Part shown: piece by piece, positions 46,297 to 54,468 of the stretch
How the letters are laid out: every line of letters starts with the position of its first letter
Position numbering within the stretch: position 1 is the stretch's first letter
IMG/VR virus record: IMGVR_UViG_3300036770_004723
Coordinates: 186,001-250,000 of that record
Reading direction: 5' to 3' (one strand)
Length of the DNA: 64,000 nucleotides
Notes under the pieces: model-generated
Told to the model about the DNA's origin: nothing
The model's database searches: none
Seen by the model: the letters and a program-made list of their open reading frames with translations, nothing else
Made by a program: the position numbers and the translations under genes

Positions 46297-46887
46297 CTAC
46301 CTGCCTTTAAATAGGTTAGAACTGACTTTATTTGAAATTTCTTCTACATCGATCTTTATGTAACCCATTACAAGGTCTTCTTGGTAGTCGTTTGCGAATT
46401 TACCTCCTATAACACTGATATTTTTTGCTAAGTATCCAGATACAGGCTTCAAAATATATTTCTCTCCCCAAAGATCTGGTATAAAAAACAAATAATGGCC
46501 TCTATCTAATTCAGACAAGTGTTTTCTGTTTAACCACTTTACTTCTGTACCTAATTCTTTAATACTAGGTAATGTTTCAATGATTACATCTATTTCTTTT
46601 ATTTTACTGTACTGAATACATACTTTAACCGAATATAATGTATTTAGATTTTTATTTTTATGTATTACACTAACAAACTCACTTAATTCTGTGAACAGTG
46701 TTTTATTAAATTCATAAGTGGAGACAGATTCGTATATTTCAAGTACACGACTCTTTATTTTTTCTATTAAATCTGTTTCAGGCATTTCTGAATAAATTTT
46801 ACACAGTTGGCCGTTTTCTAAAATCTTACCTTCACCGGTTAAACACTTAGGGACTATATTCATTTTAAAGGATTCTACTCGATACAT
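46297..46887 (-). CDS. Hypothetical protein
   Basis: ORF track. Confidence 0.55.
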   Translation of the reverse strand: MYRVESFKMNIVPKCLTGEGKILENGQLCKIYSEMPETDLIEKIKSRVLEIYESVSTYEFNKTLFTELSEFVSVIHKNKNLNTLYSVKVCIQYSKIKEIDVIIETLPSIKELGTEVKWLNRKHLSELDRGHYLFFIPDLWGEKYILKPVSGYLAKNISVIGGKFANDYQEDLVMGYIKIDVEEISNKVSSNLFKGR

Positions 46888-47063
46888 TTTTCAAGATCCT
46901 TGATTGGTGTTGTGTGTCCGTAACATTTACGATAATTCTCTATTAAAAGAGCATCTAATTCTTTTCCCTTCTTTTCTTTTAGAAGAGTCGCGGCCTTACT
47001 CTCTGCCTGTAAAAAGATCTCACCTACTACACTATGGACATAACGGACAGTATTTTTATTCAT
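46875..47063 (-). CDS. Small hypothetical protein
   Basis: ORF with GAGG SD. Confidence 0.5.
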   Translation of the reverse strand: MNKNTVRYVHSVVGEIFLQAESKAATLLKEKKGKELDALLIENYRKCYGHTTPIKDLEKCIE

Positions 47064-47480
47064 TTAAAGTACCTCGAACCATTTACATTGATCATAAGAA
47101 GTATCAGACATCTTGACCCATGAATAACCTAAATCAGTTAATTCTGACTTGGTTTTAATACTATTGAATCTATTGTCAAGTATATATGTACCTTTGTCCG
47201 TTTCTGTTGCTACCACACAATGCAATTCTTTTTCTTCGGTATGACAAATGATTAATCTAGAGGAATGTCCTTGATCGTGTATTAATTTGCGTAAAGCAAG
47301 TGCAAAGTCTTCACAGTCTCCGCTGAAAGATTGAGTTCCATCATAATCATCATCTGGCAGTACCCACTTTTCTAATATTCCATATTTTTCTACATCACAT
47401 ACATAAGTAAAGCCTTGTTTAACCTTACCGAACAGTTGAATTAACTCATGTTTAGCAATTGGCCTTTTTGTTTGTTCCAT
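47064..47480 (-). CDS. Transglutaminase-like cysteine peptidase (BTLCP/C93-like)
   Basis: GDCEDFA, HCVV, ILDNR catalytic triad. Confidence 0.85.
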   Translation of the reverse strand: MEQTKRPIAKHELIQLFGKVKQGFTYVCDVEKYGILEKWVLPDDDYDGTQSFSGDCEDFALALRKLIHDQGHSSRLIICHTEEKELHCVVATETDKGTYILDNRFNSIKTKSELTDLGYSWVKMSDTSYDQCKWFEVL

Positions 47481-47634
47481 TTTTCTTGTTCTCTATCTCT
47501 ATTTGTTTTTTAAGTAAAGTACATCCAGCAGGTGAAACTACTTCTTTACCTGTTTTAAATTCATTATCGGGTGATGTACCTGAGGTTGTTGCACACCCAC
47601 ATAATAGTATACTAAATACAAATGTCTTCATCAA
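47452..47634 (-). CDS. Small putative lipoprotein
   Basis: MKTFVFSILLCGC lipobox-like signal. Confidence 0.55.
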   Translation of the reverse strand: MMKTFVFSILLCGCATTSGTSPDNEFKTGKEVVSPAGCTLLKKQIEIENKKNGTNKKANC

Positions 47635-47761
47635 TTAGATTCCAATTTTTACGGATTTCAGTGAAAAAAGTTTTTAGTATCTTTAGCAAGACAAAGAACA
47701 CTACAACACTTATTAAGATAATCACTATCTTACCTGTTGTTAATTCATTTAAATGGATCAT
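47612..47761 (-). CDS. Small single-TM protein (49 aa), absent from the ORF track
   Basis: Read by hand: MIHLNELTTGKIVIILISVVVFFVLLKILKTFFTEIRKNWNLIDEDICI; ATGA overlap with the upstream stop. Confidence 0.5.
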   Translation of the reverse strand: MIHLNELTTGKIVIILISVVVFFVLLKILKTFFTEIRKNWNLIDEDICI

Positions 47762-48012
47762 GTTAATTCTACCACTACATTATTTATATCAACGTTCAGT
47801 GCTTTGGCTATAGTTTCAACCATCAAAGTTTTTGCTGCCTCATAGACATAAGGATTTAAATCTAGTTCATTGTTTTCCTGAACTTTTTCACGATATCCAT
47901 TATCGATCATTATGGATTTTACTCGTGATTTTTCAAAGCACACTTTTATTTTATGAGGTTCTGCTTCAATTTCTTCTGTTAAAAGAAGTTTTATACTAGC
48001 GTTATCTAACAT
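47758..48012 (-). CDS. Hypothetical protein
   Basis: ORF with AAGG SD. Confidence 0.55.
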   Translation of the reverse strand: MLDNASIKLLLTEEIEAEPHKIKVCFEKSRVKSIMIDNGYREKVQENNELDLNPYVYEAAKTLMVETIAKALNVDINNVVVELT

Positions 48013-48020
48013 ATTTTACC

Positions 48021-48230
48021 TTAAACTTTATTTAATACTGTTATATTGCTAAGGGCTAAGACTATTCCATTATCGAAGTCGTTAAACTCGCCAAAATCTT
48101 TAGCTTCACTTATTTTAGCTTGCAAAGATTCTATTGTTTCAGTTTTATCGTATAAAAGAGAAGTCATTGCGAAAGCAAAGCCATTACGTTCGTGCCTTTT
48201 CTTTCTTTTCTCTCGCCATTTACCGAACAT
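48021..48230 (-). CDS. Hypothetical protein
   Basis: ORF with AGGAG SD. Confidence 0.55.
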   Translation of the reverse strand: MFGKWREKRKKRHERNGFAFAMTSLLYDKTETIESLQAKISEAKDFGEFNDFDNGIVLALSNITVLNKV

Positions 48231-48696
48231 TAATTTTCTCCTGATCTACATAAGATTGTTTAACATCTGACATTTTTACTCTTAGAGTTGGAGCATAACC
48301 TTTTATAAGTTCAGACATTTCATCTTCGCAATCTGGATCTAGTGTATACCAAAACTTATCGGCGCGTCCTTTGTTAGGATCTAGAACAACAAGCTTATCG
48401 TCTTTATCCAAATACATTATTACGCTGTGATTTCCTGCTACAGTATTTAATGAAGGCACTGTACATAAGTAAAAATATCCATCGTCAATATAATCAACTA
48501 TTGGATTAAGTAGCTCATGCTCGATACCTAAAGATTTTAAAAAAGTATGCTCATTTACCTTATAGCAATTCTTTTTAAAATCTTGATGAAAGACTTCAGT
48601 TATTTTATCAATGTGAATGCCTGTAAGCATGGATAAACTGGCAGACACACAGTTATCACTTAAAGTTTGAATAACGTGTTTTATACGGAAGTCCAT
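48220..48696 (-). CDS. Papain-like (C39-like) cysteine peptidase
   Basis: Q....NCVSASLSMLTG; NHSVI; VLDP. Confidence 0.65.
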   Translation of the reverse strand: MDFRIKHVIQTLSDNCVSASLSMLTGIHIDKITEVFHQDFKKNCYKVNEHTFLKSLGIEHELLNPIVDYIDDGYFYLCTVPSLNTVAGNHSVIMYLDKDDKLVVLDPNKGRADKFWYTLDPDCEDEMSELIKGYAPTLRVKMSDVKQSYVDQEKINVR

Positions 48697-48700
48697 AAAA

Positions 48701-49147
48701 TTAAATCCATTTTTCTTCTGTTATAGAATAGGCGAGTACATTACTGCCTGTACAGATGTCTCGGGTTGCCGTATATTTTATGGCCTCAATGGCGTTCTTG
48801 CCGTGATCTAATGCAGCTAGTGCAAAATGTTCTCCTGAACCTAAAGTTACACTGCAAGCTAACTTACAGCCATACGGCTGATTTTTGTCTGATGTTCTAT
48901 GGTAGACTTCTTTGGTTTTCTTATCAAAGTATAATGCAGCACATTCAATAGAGGATTCAACTTGTTCACCATTAAAAATCTGCACCAACTTATTATAGTC
49001 AGCTAATTTACCACAAAAGAACCATATACCGTCTTGTGTTTCCACAAATTTGTCCACAGACTCGTCTGTTAGAATTACAGTTTCTAATAGTACTCTTTGA
49101 TCCACTGCTAATATTTTTGATTTATGATCATACACAACAGTTGTCAT
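48701..49147 (-). CDS. HslV/proteasome-like Ntn threonine hydrolase
   Basis: MTT N-terminus, AVDQR, LGSGEHFALAALD, RDICTG. Confidence 0.8.
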   Translation of the reverse strand: MTTVVYDHKSKILAVDQRVLLETVILTDESVDKFVETQDGIWFFCGKLADYNKLVQIFNGEQVESSIECAALYFDKKTKEVYHRTSDKNQPYGCKLACSVTLGSGEHFALAALDHGKNAIEAIKYTATRDICTGSNVLAYSITEEKWI

Positions 49148-49159
49148 CTTATTTACCTT

Positions 49160-50032
49160 TTAGTAGTTCTTTACAATTACTTCAACAGTGTTATTGAGTT
49201 TGTTGTCTACAGCACGGTTAAGAGTGTAGGCTTCACCTTTTGTTCTGAATTCTGGATAAATAACTTTATATTGCTTCATCCACTTAGCCAGTTCTTTATT
49301 TTTGTGCCCACGGTGTTGAACACAATTACTTAGGATCCATCGAATACCTAAACCGTCTAGATAATCCAACATACTAAACAACTTTAGATCGTTATCTTTA
49401 TTCCAATTGCCTTCATAGACATTATCGCCGCTAGCAGAATACGGAGGATCGAAATAAAAAACGTGATTTTTGTCAATTTTCTTAATTGCCTTCTTAACAT
49501 ACTGAAGGTAACAAAGATTATGTAATTTTATATTCTGCAAACGATTCCATATCTCTGTAATATGGGCATCACGCGAATTAGATGGATTTGACGTCCTGAA
49601 TCCGAAAGGTAAATTAAACTCACCTTCTGCATTAAATCTGATTAAACTGCTAAAGCTATGTTTACTTAATACCCAAAGTCGATCAGGTGTCATGTTTTTG
49701 TTACATCGTTGGCGGTAACGATAATAAGCATCTTCATCTTGTGCTTCACGACCTAGCTTGTTTCTCTTTATCTCTGTATTTAAAAGCTTAATAAGCTTGT
49801 CTGATTCAGATGTAGTTTTAATGAATTCCATTATACTAAATACATTTTTATCGTATTCATTGTAATGTACTTTCTTACCTTGACCTAAAGCATTAAGTGC
49901 TATTACTCCAGAACCTCCAAACACATCATGCAAAACTTTATATTCACCTAATAGACTTTTAATCTGATCAACTAGCTTAAACTTGCTTCCTTGATATGCT
50001 ATAGGTCCACGAATTATTTTAAAAGCGTCCAT
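49160..50032 (-). CDS. dam: Dam-family DNA adenine methyltransferase
   Basis: YQGSK, DVFGGSG, RFNAEGEFNLPFG, FDPPY, ILSN. Confidence 0.9.
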   Translation of the reverse strand: MDAFKIIRGPIAYQGSKFKLVDQIKSLLGEYKVLHDVFGGSGVIALNALGQGKKVHYNEYDKNVFSIMEFIKTTSESDKLIKLLNTEIKRNKLGREAQDEDAYYRYRQRCNKNMTPDRLWVLSKHSFSSLIRFNAEGEFNLPFGFRTSNPSNSRDAHITEIWNRLQNIKLHNLCYLQYVKKAIKKIDKNHVFYFDPPYSASGDNVYEGNWNKDNDLKLFSMLDYLDGLGIRWILSNCVQHRGHKNKELAKWMKQYKVIYPEFRTKGEAYTLNRAVDNKLNNTVEVIVKNY

Positions 50033-50133
50033 CGGTTAAAACCTTAAACAGTTATTTTATGTTCTTTTAAATTAGGTTTATTAGAACCTTACGGTACAAT
50101 GTTTACTATTTAGTTTCTAATAAATTAAAATAT

Positions 50134-50223
50134 CTACACGGTCAAACCTAATACAATAAACATAATTCCTACAATTAGAATAGCTAAAACTTTAATATAC
50201 GGATATTTAGATTGATTATCCAC
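50134..50223 (-). CDS. Small single-TM protein (29 aa), absent from the ORF track
   Basis: GAGG SD then GTG; MDNQSKYPYIKVLAILIVGIMFIVLGLTV. Confidence 0.45.
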   Translation of the reverse strand: MDNQSKYPYIKVLAILIVGIMFIVLGLTV

Positions 50224-50298
50224 TGGAACCTCATATTGCTTTATATGAAAATTTAAGCATCTGGAGAACTGATACCTATTAATTTATTTTACTTCAGA

Positions 50299-50787
50299 TT
50301 ATTTATTTCCAGACCAATCATCTAAGCCTACAGTAATTGTATTGCCTTTTAAGGAAAGGTGACTGTCGCTCAATGGTTGAAATTCAATTTCGTATTCTAG
50401 CAGGTCTGATTTTGTAACCTCATACTTTGCACCAATAGAAAAAGTTTTAAATTTACCGTGAACAATACTGTCCAATAAGGCAGAAGCTTGCAAAACATTT
50501 ACACTAGGTAGCCAGAAAACTTGAATACGGTTTTTATCGACCTTACCAATCTTTACGAATACGCGACGCCAATATTGATCCATGTAACTTGATCTGTCTT
50601 TTCTCCATTTAGATTTACGTACAGAAATGCCGAATGTTCTGTAAACAAGAATTACAACCCTATCGTTAGTATCAAGTGCTTTCTTTAAAGCACTTGGATC
50701 AGGCAAACCACAAAATGATACGGTCTTTGGCATTGGTACAGAATCTAATTGATTCTTCCAATTGCGGATAGCAGTATTAATCGACAT
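50299..50787 (-). CDS. Hypothetical protein, paralog of 53357..53743
   Basis: Shared GLPDP...RKSKWRK.RSS...QYWRRVFVKIGKVDKNRI. Confidence 0.65.
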   Translation of the reverse strand: MSINTAIRNWKNQLDSVPMPKTVSFCGLPDPSALKKALDTNDRVVILVYRTFGISVRKSKWRKDRSSYMDQYWRRVFVKIGKVDKNRIQVFWLPSVNVLQASALLDSIVHGKFKTFSIGAKYEVTKSDLLEYEIEFQPLSDSHLSLKGNTITVGLDDWSGNK

Positions 50788-51201
50788 TTAGTTCTCCAAA
50801 TAAAGTTTAACATTAAGGAGGTAGTGCATTTTATGTTTGATAGTTACCTGTGTAAATCGAACAGTTTTACGATTTAATTTGACTTGAAGTTTTAATTGTT
50901 TAGCTAGCTGTTTGCTTGCATGATCCAAACTTAAATGTTCAGCACTGGCCGTATAAACTTTTTTACCTTTAGGTGCTTTTACATCTAACCCGCCATTTTT
51001 ACAACCAAGCAAAATACACAGTGCATTAGTTAAATGTTGCACTGTCTTTTCTGAACTATGTACCAAGTTACTTGCGTTAAAAGTGCGTAGAGGATCTGCA
51101 AAGTTATTGAATACACTCTCAAATTCGTTTTCGTTTTTAACTTCAATAATGGCCTGAGACTCATTATCAATGGTTACAGGAATTTTATTAGATTTCTTCA
51201 T
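50788..51201 (-). CDS. Hypothetical protein
   Basis: ORF track. Confidence 0.55.
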   Translation of the reverse strand: MKKSNKIPVTIDNESQAIIEVKNENEFESVFNNFADPLRTFNASNLVHSSEKTVQHLTNALCILLGCKNGGLDVKAPKGKKVYTASAEHLSLDHASKQLAKQLKLQVKLNRKTVRFTQVTIKHKMHYLLNVKLYLEN

Positions 51202-51917
51202 TTAATTTTGATTCCATTCGATTTCCTACGTGACAATATGTTGTAAGCTGCTTGCGCGGCCTGTTCAATTTCTTTTGCTACAGTGTGTCCACCTACCGCA
51301 GTAGCATAAACATTTTGACCTGCATATACCAGTACGTCCAATACTTCTATAGGAACTAATTCGTATCCTTTTGGAATTAAACCACTGGCACGTAAGGCTG
51401 AAGGACTGTAACCTATACTTCGCAGTGGATGATTGACGCTCTTGTAATCTGCACGTTCAACACGAGTAAACTTGTACTGTTTACGTAAACGTTCTTCTTC
51501 ATCTGCAATTCGTTTGCGTTGTGCCTGATCAGTAAGCTTTGCGTAAATTGATTCAAACTCAGCGGCCCTTCCATACACAAGACCTAGTACATCGCGTAAA
51601 GCACCTTCAGTAACATTCAAGTAAATTGAATCTTGAATTTGATCTATGTGACTGCAATTGAAATCCATAAATGGCATACGTAGTAAAGGAAATTCGTATG
51701 CGGCTTGCCTAAGTACATCAAACCAAATTTCTTCTATCTGCGCTTTTAGACTTACAGTTATAGCTTCGTGCATTAAAGAAGCAGTACGTTTGGTTATATT
51801 TGATGATACAAACATTACGATTGCCGATTGTTCTTTATACGCATTAATAACAACAAGATCGTCTTCGGTAGCCAGTTCAATATCTGAATTACATATTAAC
51901 TTCGGTTTACTGAACAT
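51198..51917 (-). CDS. Hypothetical protein
   Basis: ORF with GGAG SD. Confidence 0.6.
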   Translation of the reverse strand: MFSKPKLICNSDIELATEDDLVVINAYKEQSAIVMFVSSNITKRTASLMHEAITVSLKAQIEEIWFDVLRQAAYEFPLLRMPFMDFNCSHIDQIQDSIYLNVTEGALRDVLGLVYGRAAEFESIYAKLTDQAQRKRIADEEERLRKQYKFTRVERADYKSVNHPLRSIGYSPSALRASGLIPKGYELVPIEVLDVLVYAGQNVYATAVGGHTVAKEIEQAAQAAYNILSRRKSNGIKIK

Positions 51918-51919
51918 AC

Positions 51920-52228
51920 TTATTCTCCGCTAGTACAGTTACCTACTACAACTGTATAAGTTTCACTATATCCAGCTTGTGTTATATGGAACTCTATATT
52001 TTCAATTTTTTGTAGTACATTGAATACAGCTACAAGTTTACCCTTTACACAAACTTCCGTTATTAACTCAGCACGATCTTTTAAAGAGGATTCTTTAATA
52101 GGTGGCTCAGGAAAACCAAGTAGATCCATAGTGAAATACGAAGCAGTAGCAATACCTAGTACGAAAAGAAGCATATAGAAAAAGCCACTAAACATACTCT
52201 TTATATCTTTAGTCGTGATTTGTGACAT
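51920..52228 (-). CDS. Membrane-anchored hypothetical protein
   Basis: N-terminal TM FFYMLLFVLGIATASYF. Confidence 0.55.
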   Translation of the reverse strand: MSQITTKDIKSMFSGFFYMLLFVLGIATASYFTMDLLGFPEPPIKESSLKDRAELITEVCVKGKLVAVFNVLQKIENIEFHITQAGYSETYTVVVGNCTSGE

Positions 52229-52781
52229 CTAAGCTTCTCCAATTACGTGACATTGGAATTAATTCATGTTCAATAATACTTTTAATATTTGACAGAATTG
52301 CACCTAGACTATCAATGCCACCAACTTCGTGCGAGTGTAATCGAATCTTTTGCTTGCAAGATGCAAATTCGAAAACACAGATAGGTACTTTTGAAGGCGT
52401 TTCACCAATTTTATAATAAACACTACCTGAAAATGGTGTATCTTCATCATTTATCATTACGTATTTAGTTATAAAGCTTTCTGCTTTTACGCACGAGAAA
52501 AAATGCTCTATTGCGTTAACTACTCGCAGGCATTTTTCTTCAAACTTAGCTTGACCTGTTTCTCCATGTTCCCCATAACTATGAATACCTATAACACAGC
52601 TACCCCAAGCAATTGTAAATTTTCCATAGAAATGGTGAGGTATTAAAAAGTGAGGATTGAATCTGTGTTCTACTTGCCAGCTAATTGCATTGAGTGAAGG
52701 ACTAGCCTGCAAAAAACTTCTATTTGAATATTGATTCATTTTGAAACCTCTATTTGAATATTGATAAATTTCGTTACTCAT
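52209..52781 (-). CDS. Hypothetical protein
   Basis: ORF; the 5' end carries a 17-bp direct repeat (QYSNR twice). Confidence 0.6.
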   Translation of the reverse strand: MSNEIYQYSNRGFKMNQYSNRSFLQASPSLNAISWQVEHRFNPHFLIPHHFYGKFTIAWGSCVIGIHSYGEHGETGQAKFEEKCLRVVNAIEHFFSCVKAESFITKYVMINDEDTPFSGSVYYKIGETPSKVPICVFEFASCKQKIRLHSHEVGGIDSLGAILSNIKSIIEHELIPMSRNWRSLDVTNHD

Positions 52782-53379
52782 AAGGTGTTGTTTCCTTGTG
52801 TGGAGGCATTTTACGAATTCGTTCCGTTACTTTTTCACAGTGCCTACGTGCCGCTAAAAATCCTTTAGTGTAGTGCATTCCGTTATTATAGCAAACATTG
52901 TCAATAAAGAATGTTCTACCTGGTCTCATAACTATGTTGTACAATAGATGTGAGTAGATGTGATCACGATGTACGTAATTGCTTTTCCACATACCTTGTG
53001 GAGTGTATCCAGATCTTCGTGTGTATAAATTTGGATAGACACCTACAGAAACATAGAAGTTTTGATCTGGTAAACGGAAACCAAACTCTTCGTATAGCCG
53101 TTTTGCCATACGATCATTTAGTTCTTTGGCATTTGCTTTATTGTCAGCACAAACATCTTTGTAGATCTCAAGACAATTATCTCTAAATTCTTTTGACCAA
53201 GCAGGAACTATTGGCGTGGCCCATTTAACAAATAGAGTATGACGTTCATGTAATTTGCCTTTACTGTCTTTCCAGTCAACTAGGGTTACATAGCTAATGT
53301 TGTACGCTTTGTCTTCTTGTCGTTCAACGTATTTACGTACAACAGTATTCCCTGATCTAAATGGGATTGGTTGATACAT
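52774..53379 (-). CDS. Hypothetical protein
   Basis: Start moved to MYQPIP after AAGGA. Confidence 0.6.
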   Translation of the reverse strand: MYQPIPFRSGNTVVRKYVERQEDKAYNISYVTLVDWKDSKGKLHERHTLFVKWATPIVPAWSKEFRDNCLEIYKDVCADNKANAKELNDRMAKRLYEEFGFRLPDQNFYVSVGVYPNLYTRRSGYTPQGMWKSNYVHRDHIYSHLLYNIVMRPGRTFFIDNVCYNNGMHYTKGFLAARRHCEKVTERIRKMPPHKETTPYE

Positions 53380-53743
53380 CAATATTTCCTTTATCAAAAC
53401 CTGCTGTAGGACACCAAACATCTGGTACAAAAGACCTAGTGCCGTTATACTTTTGTTTATCTAGTTTCTGGACAGGTAAATAAAATACTTTGATTCGATT
53501 TTTATCTACTTTACCGATCTTTACGAATACGCGACGCCAATACTGAACAAGATGGCTGCTTCGATTTTTTCTCCATTTGCTTTTGCGTCCGCTGGTGCCG
53601 AAATTACGATAAACCAAAATAAGTGCAGTACCGTTGTTTTCAAGTGCTTGACCTAGTTTGATTGGATCAGGCAAACCAAAGAATGAAGTCACTTTAGGTA
53701 CATTCTCTTTTTTACAATCCTCAATATATTTTTCAAAATTCAT
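53357..53743 (-). CDS. Hypothetical protein, paralog of 50299..50787
   Basis: Shared core; 26-bp identical DNA at 53517-53542 and 50549-50574. Confidence 0.65.
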   Translation of the reverse strand: MNFEKYIEDCKKENVPKVTSFFGLPDPIKLGQALENNGTALILVYRNFGTSGRKSKWRKNRSSHLVQYWRRVFVKIGKVDKNRIKVFYLPVQKLDKQKYNGTRSFVPDVWCPTAGFDKGNIDVSTNPI

Positions 53744-53765
53744 TTTTGTCTCCAGAATTAAAGTC

Positions 53766-54404
53766 TTATCTGATTATAAGATGTTTTTGGCACAAAGTAT
53801 GGTCCTGTAGATATGGATGGTGCTTATCTATTGTAATGGCTGTGTTGTCACAAGCAGAACACTTTATTCCTTTATCTTTAGCATGTTCTTTATAAATAAT
53901 TTTGTAAGGCACATATTCATTTTCTAACATAACACAGTTAGATAAAATTCTAGTATAGCCGGATGTTTTAATAGAAAAAGGCTTTAATCTATCTTCTGAT
54001 ATATCAATACGTTTCATGAAATTTCGAAATTTATTTAAAGCCAGTTCGTCTTGCCTTGAACTGTATGAACCTACAAAAAGAGCTACCACAGTATTTTTGT
54101 TTGTGGTGTAGTGTGCTATATGGTCATTAAGACATATAACATCCCCCTTAATTATGTTTACTGAACTATCCTCTGATATAAGTAACCCATCAGAATGTAA
54201 CGGTAGCACATATACAAAACCAGTATTATCTATGTGTTTACCTACATTAGGTTTCCAGCCATAGATTTCAACTATTTTACTGTTCTCTGTGCCTACTACA
54301 GGGCCTTTAACTCTGTTTAGTCTTTGACACATATAATGATATCTTAGGCTGGAATAAATTTTATCTGATACTTTAATGTTTCCGACAATTTCCAAACTTA
54401 ACAT
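53766..54404 (-). CDS. 2OG-Fe(II) dioxygenase-like protein with C-terminal Cys/His cluster
   Basis: KHID (HxD), GDVICL..H..H; CSAC...CQKH. Confidence 0.5.
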   Translation of the reverse strand: MLSLEIVGNIKVSDKIYSSLRYHYMCQRLNRVKGPVVGTENSKIVEIYGWKPNVGKHIDNTGFVYVLPLHSDGLLISEDSSVNIIKGDVICLNDHIAHYTTNKNTVVALFVGSYSSRQDELALNKFRNFMKRIDISEDRLKPFSIKTSGYTRILSNCVMLENEYVPYKIIYKEHAKDKGIKCSACDNTAITIDKHHPYLQDHTLCQKHLIIR

Positions 54405-54414
54405 AGAGACACCT

Positions 54415-54444
54415 AAAGAAAAAGGCAAGAGAATCTCTTGCCTT
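54415..54444 (-). terminator. Intrinsic terminator (minus strand)
   Basis: AAGGCAAGAG/CTCTTGCCTT stem followed by a T tract on the minus strand. Confidence 0.7.
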
Positions 54445-54446
54445 AT

Positions 54447-54461
54447 ATTTACAGTTTAATC
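54447..54461 (-). promoter_or_regulatory. Conserved intergenic motif GATTAAACTGTAAAT (copy 2)
   Basis: Exact repeat of 46263-46277. Confidence 0.45.
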
Positions 54462-54468
54462 AAGTACA

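Noticed and set aside
47452-47761. i-spanin/o-spanin pair
   Set aside because: The TM protein is only 49 aa with no periplasmic coiled coil, and no endolysin or holin is adjacent
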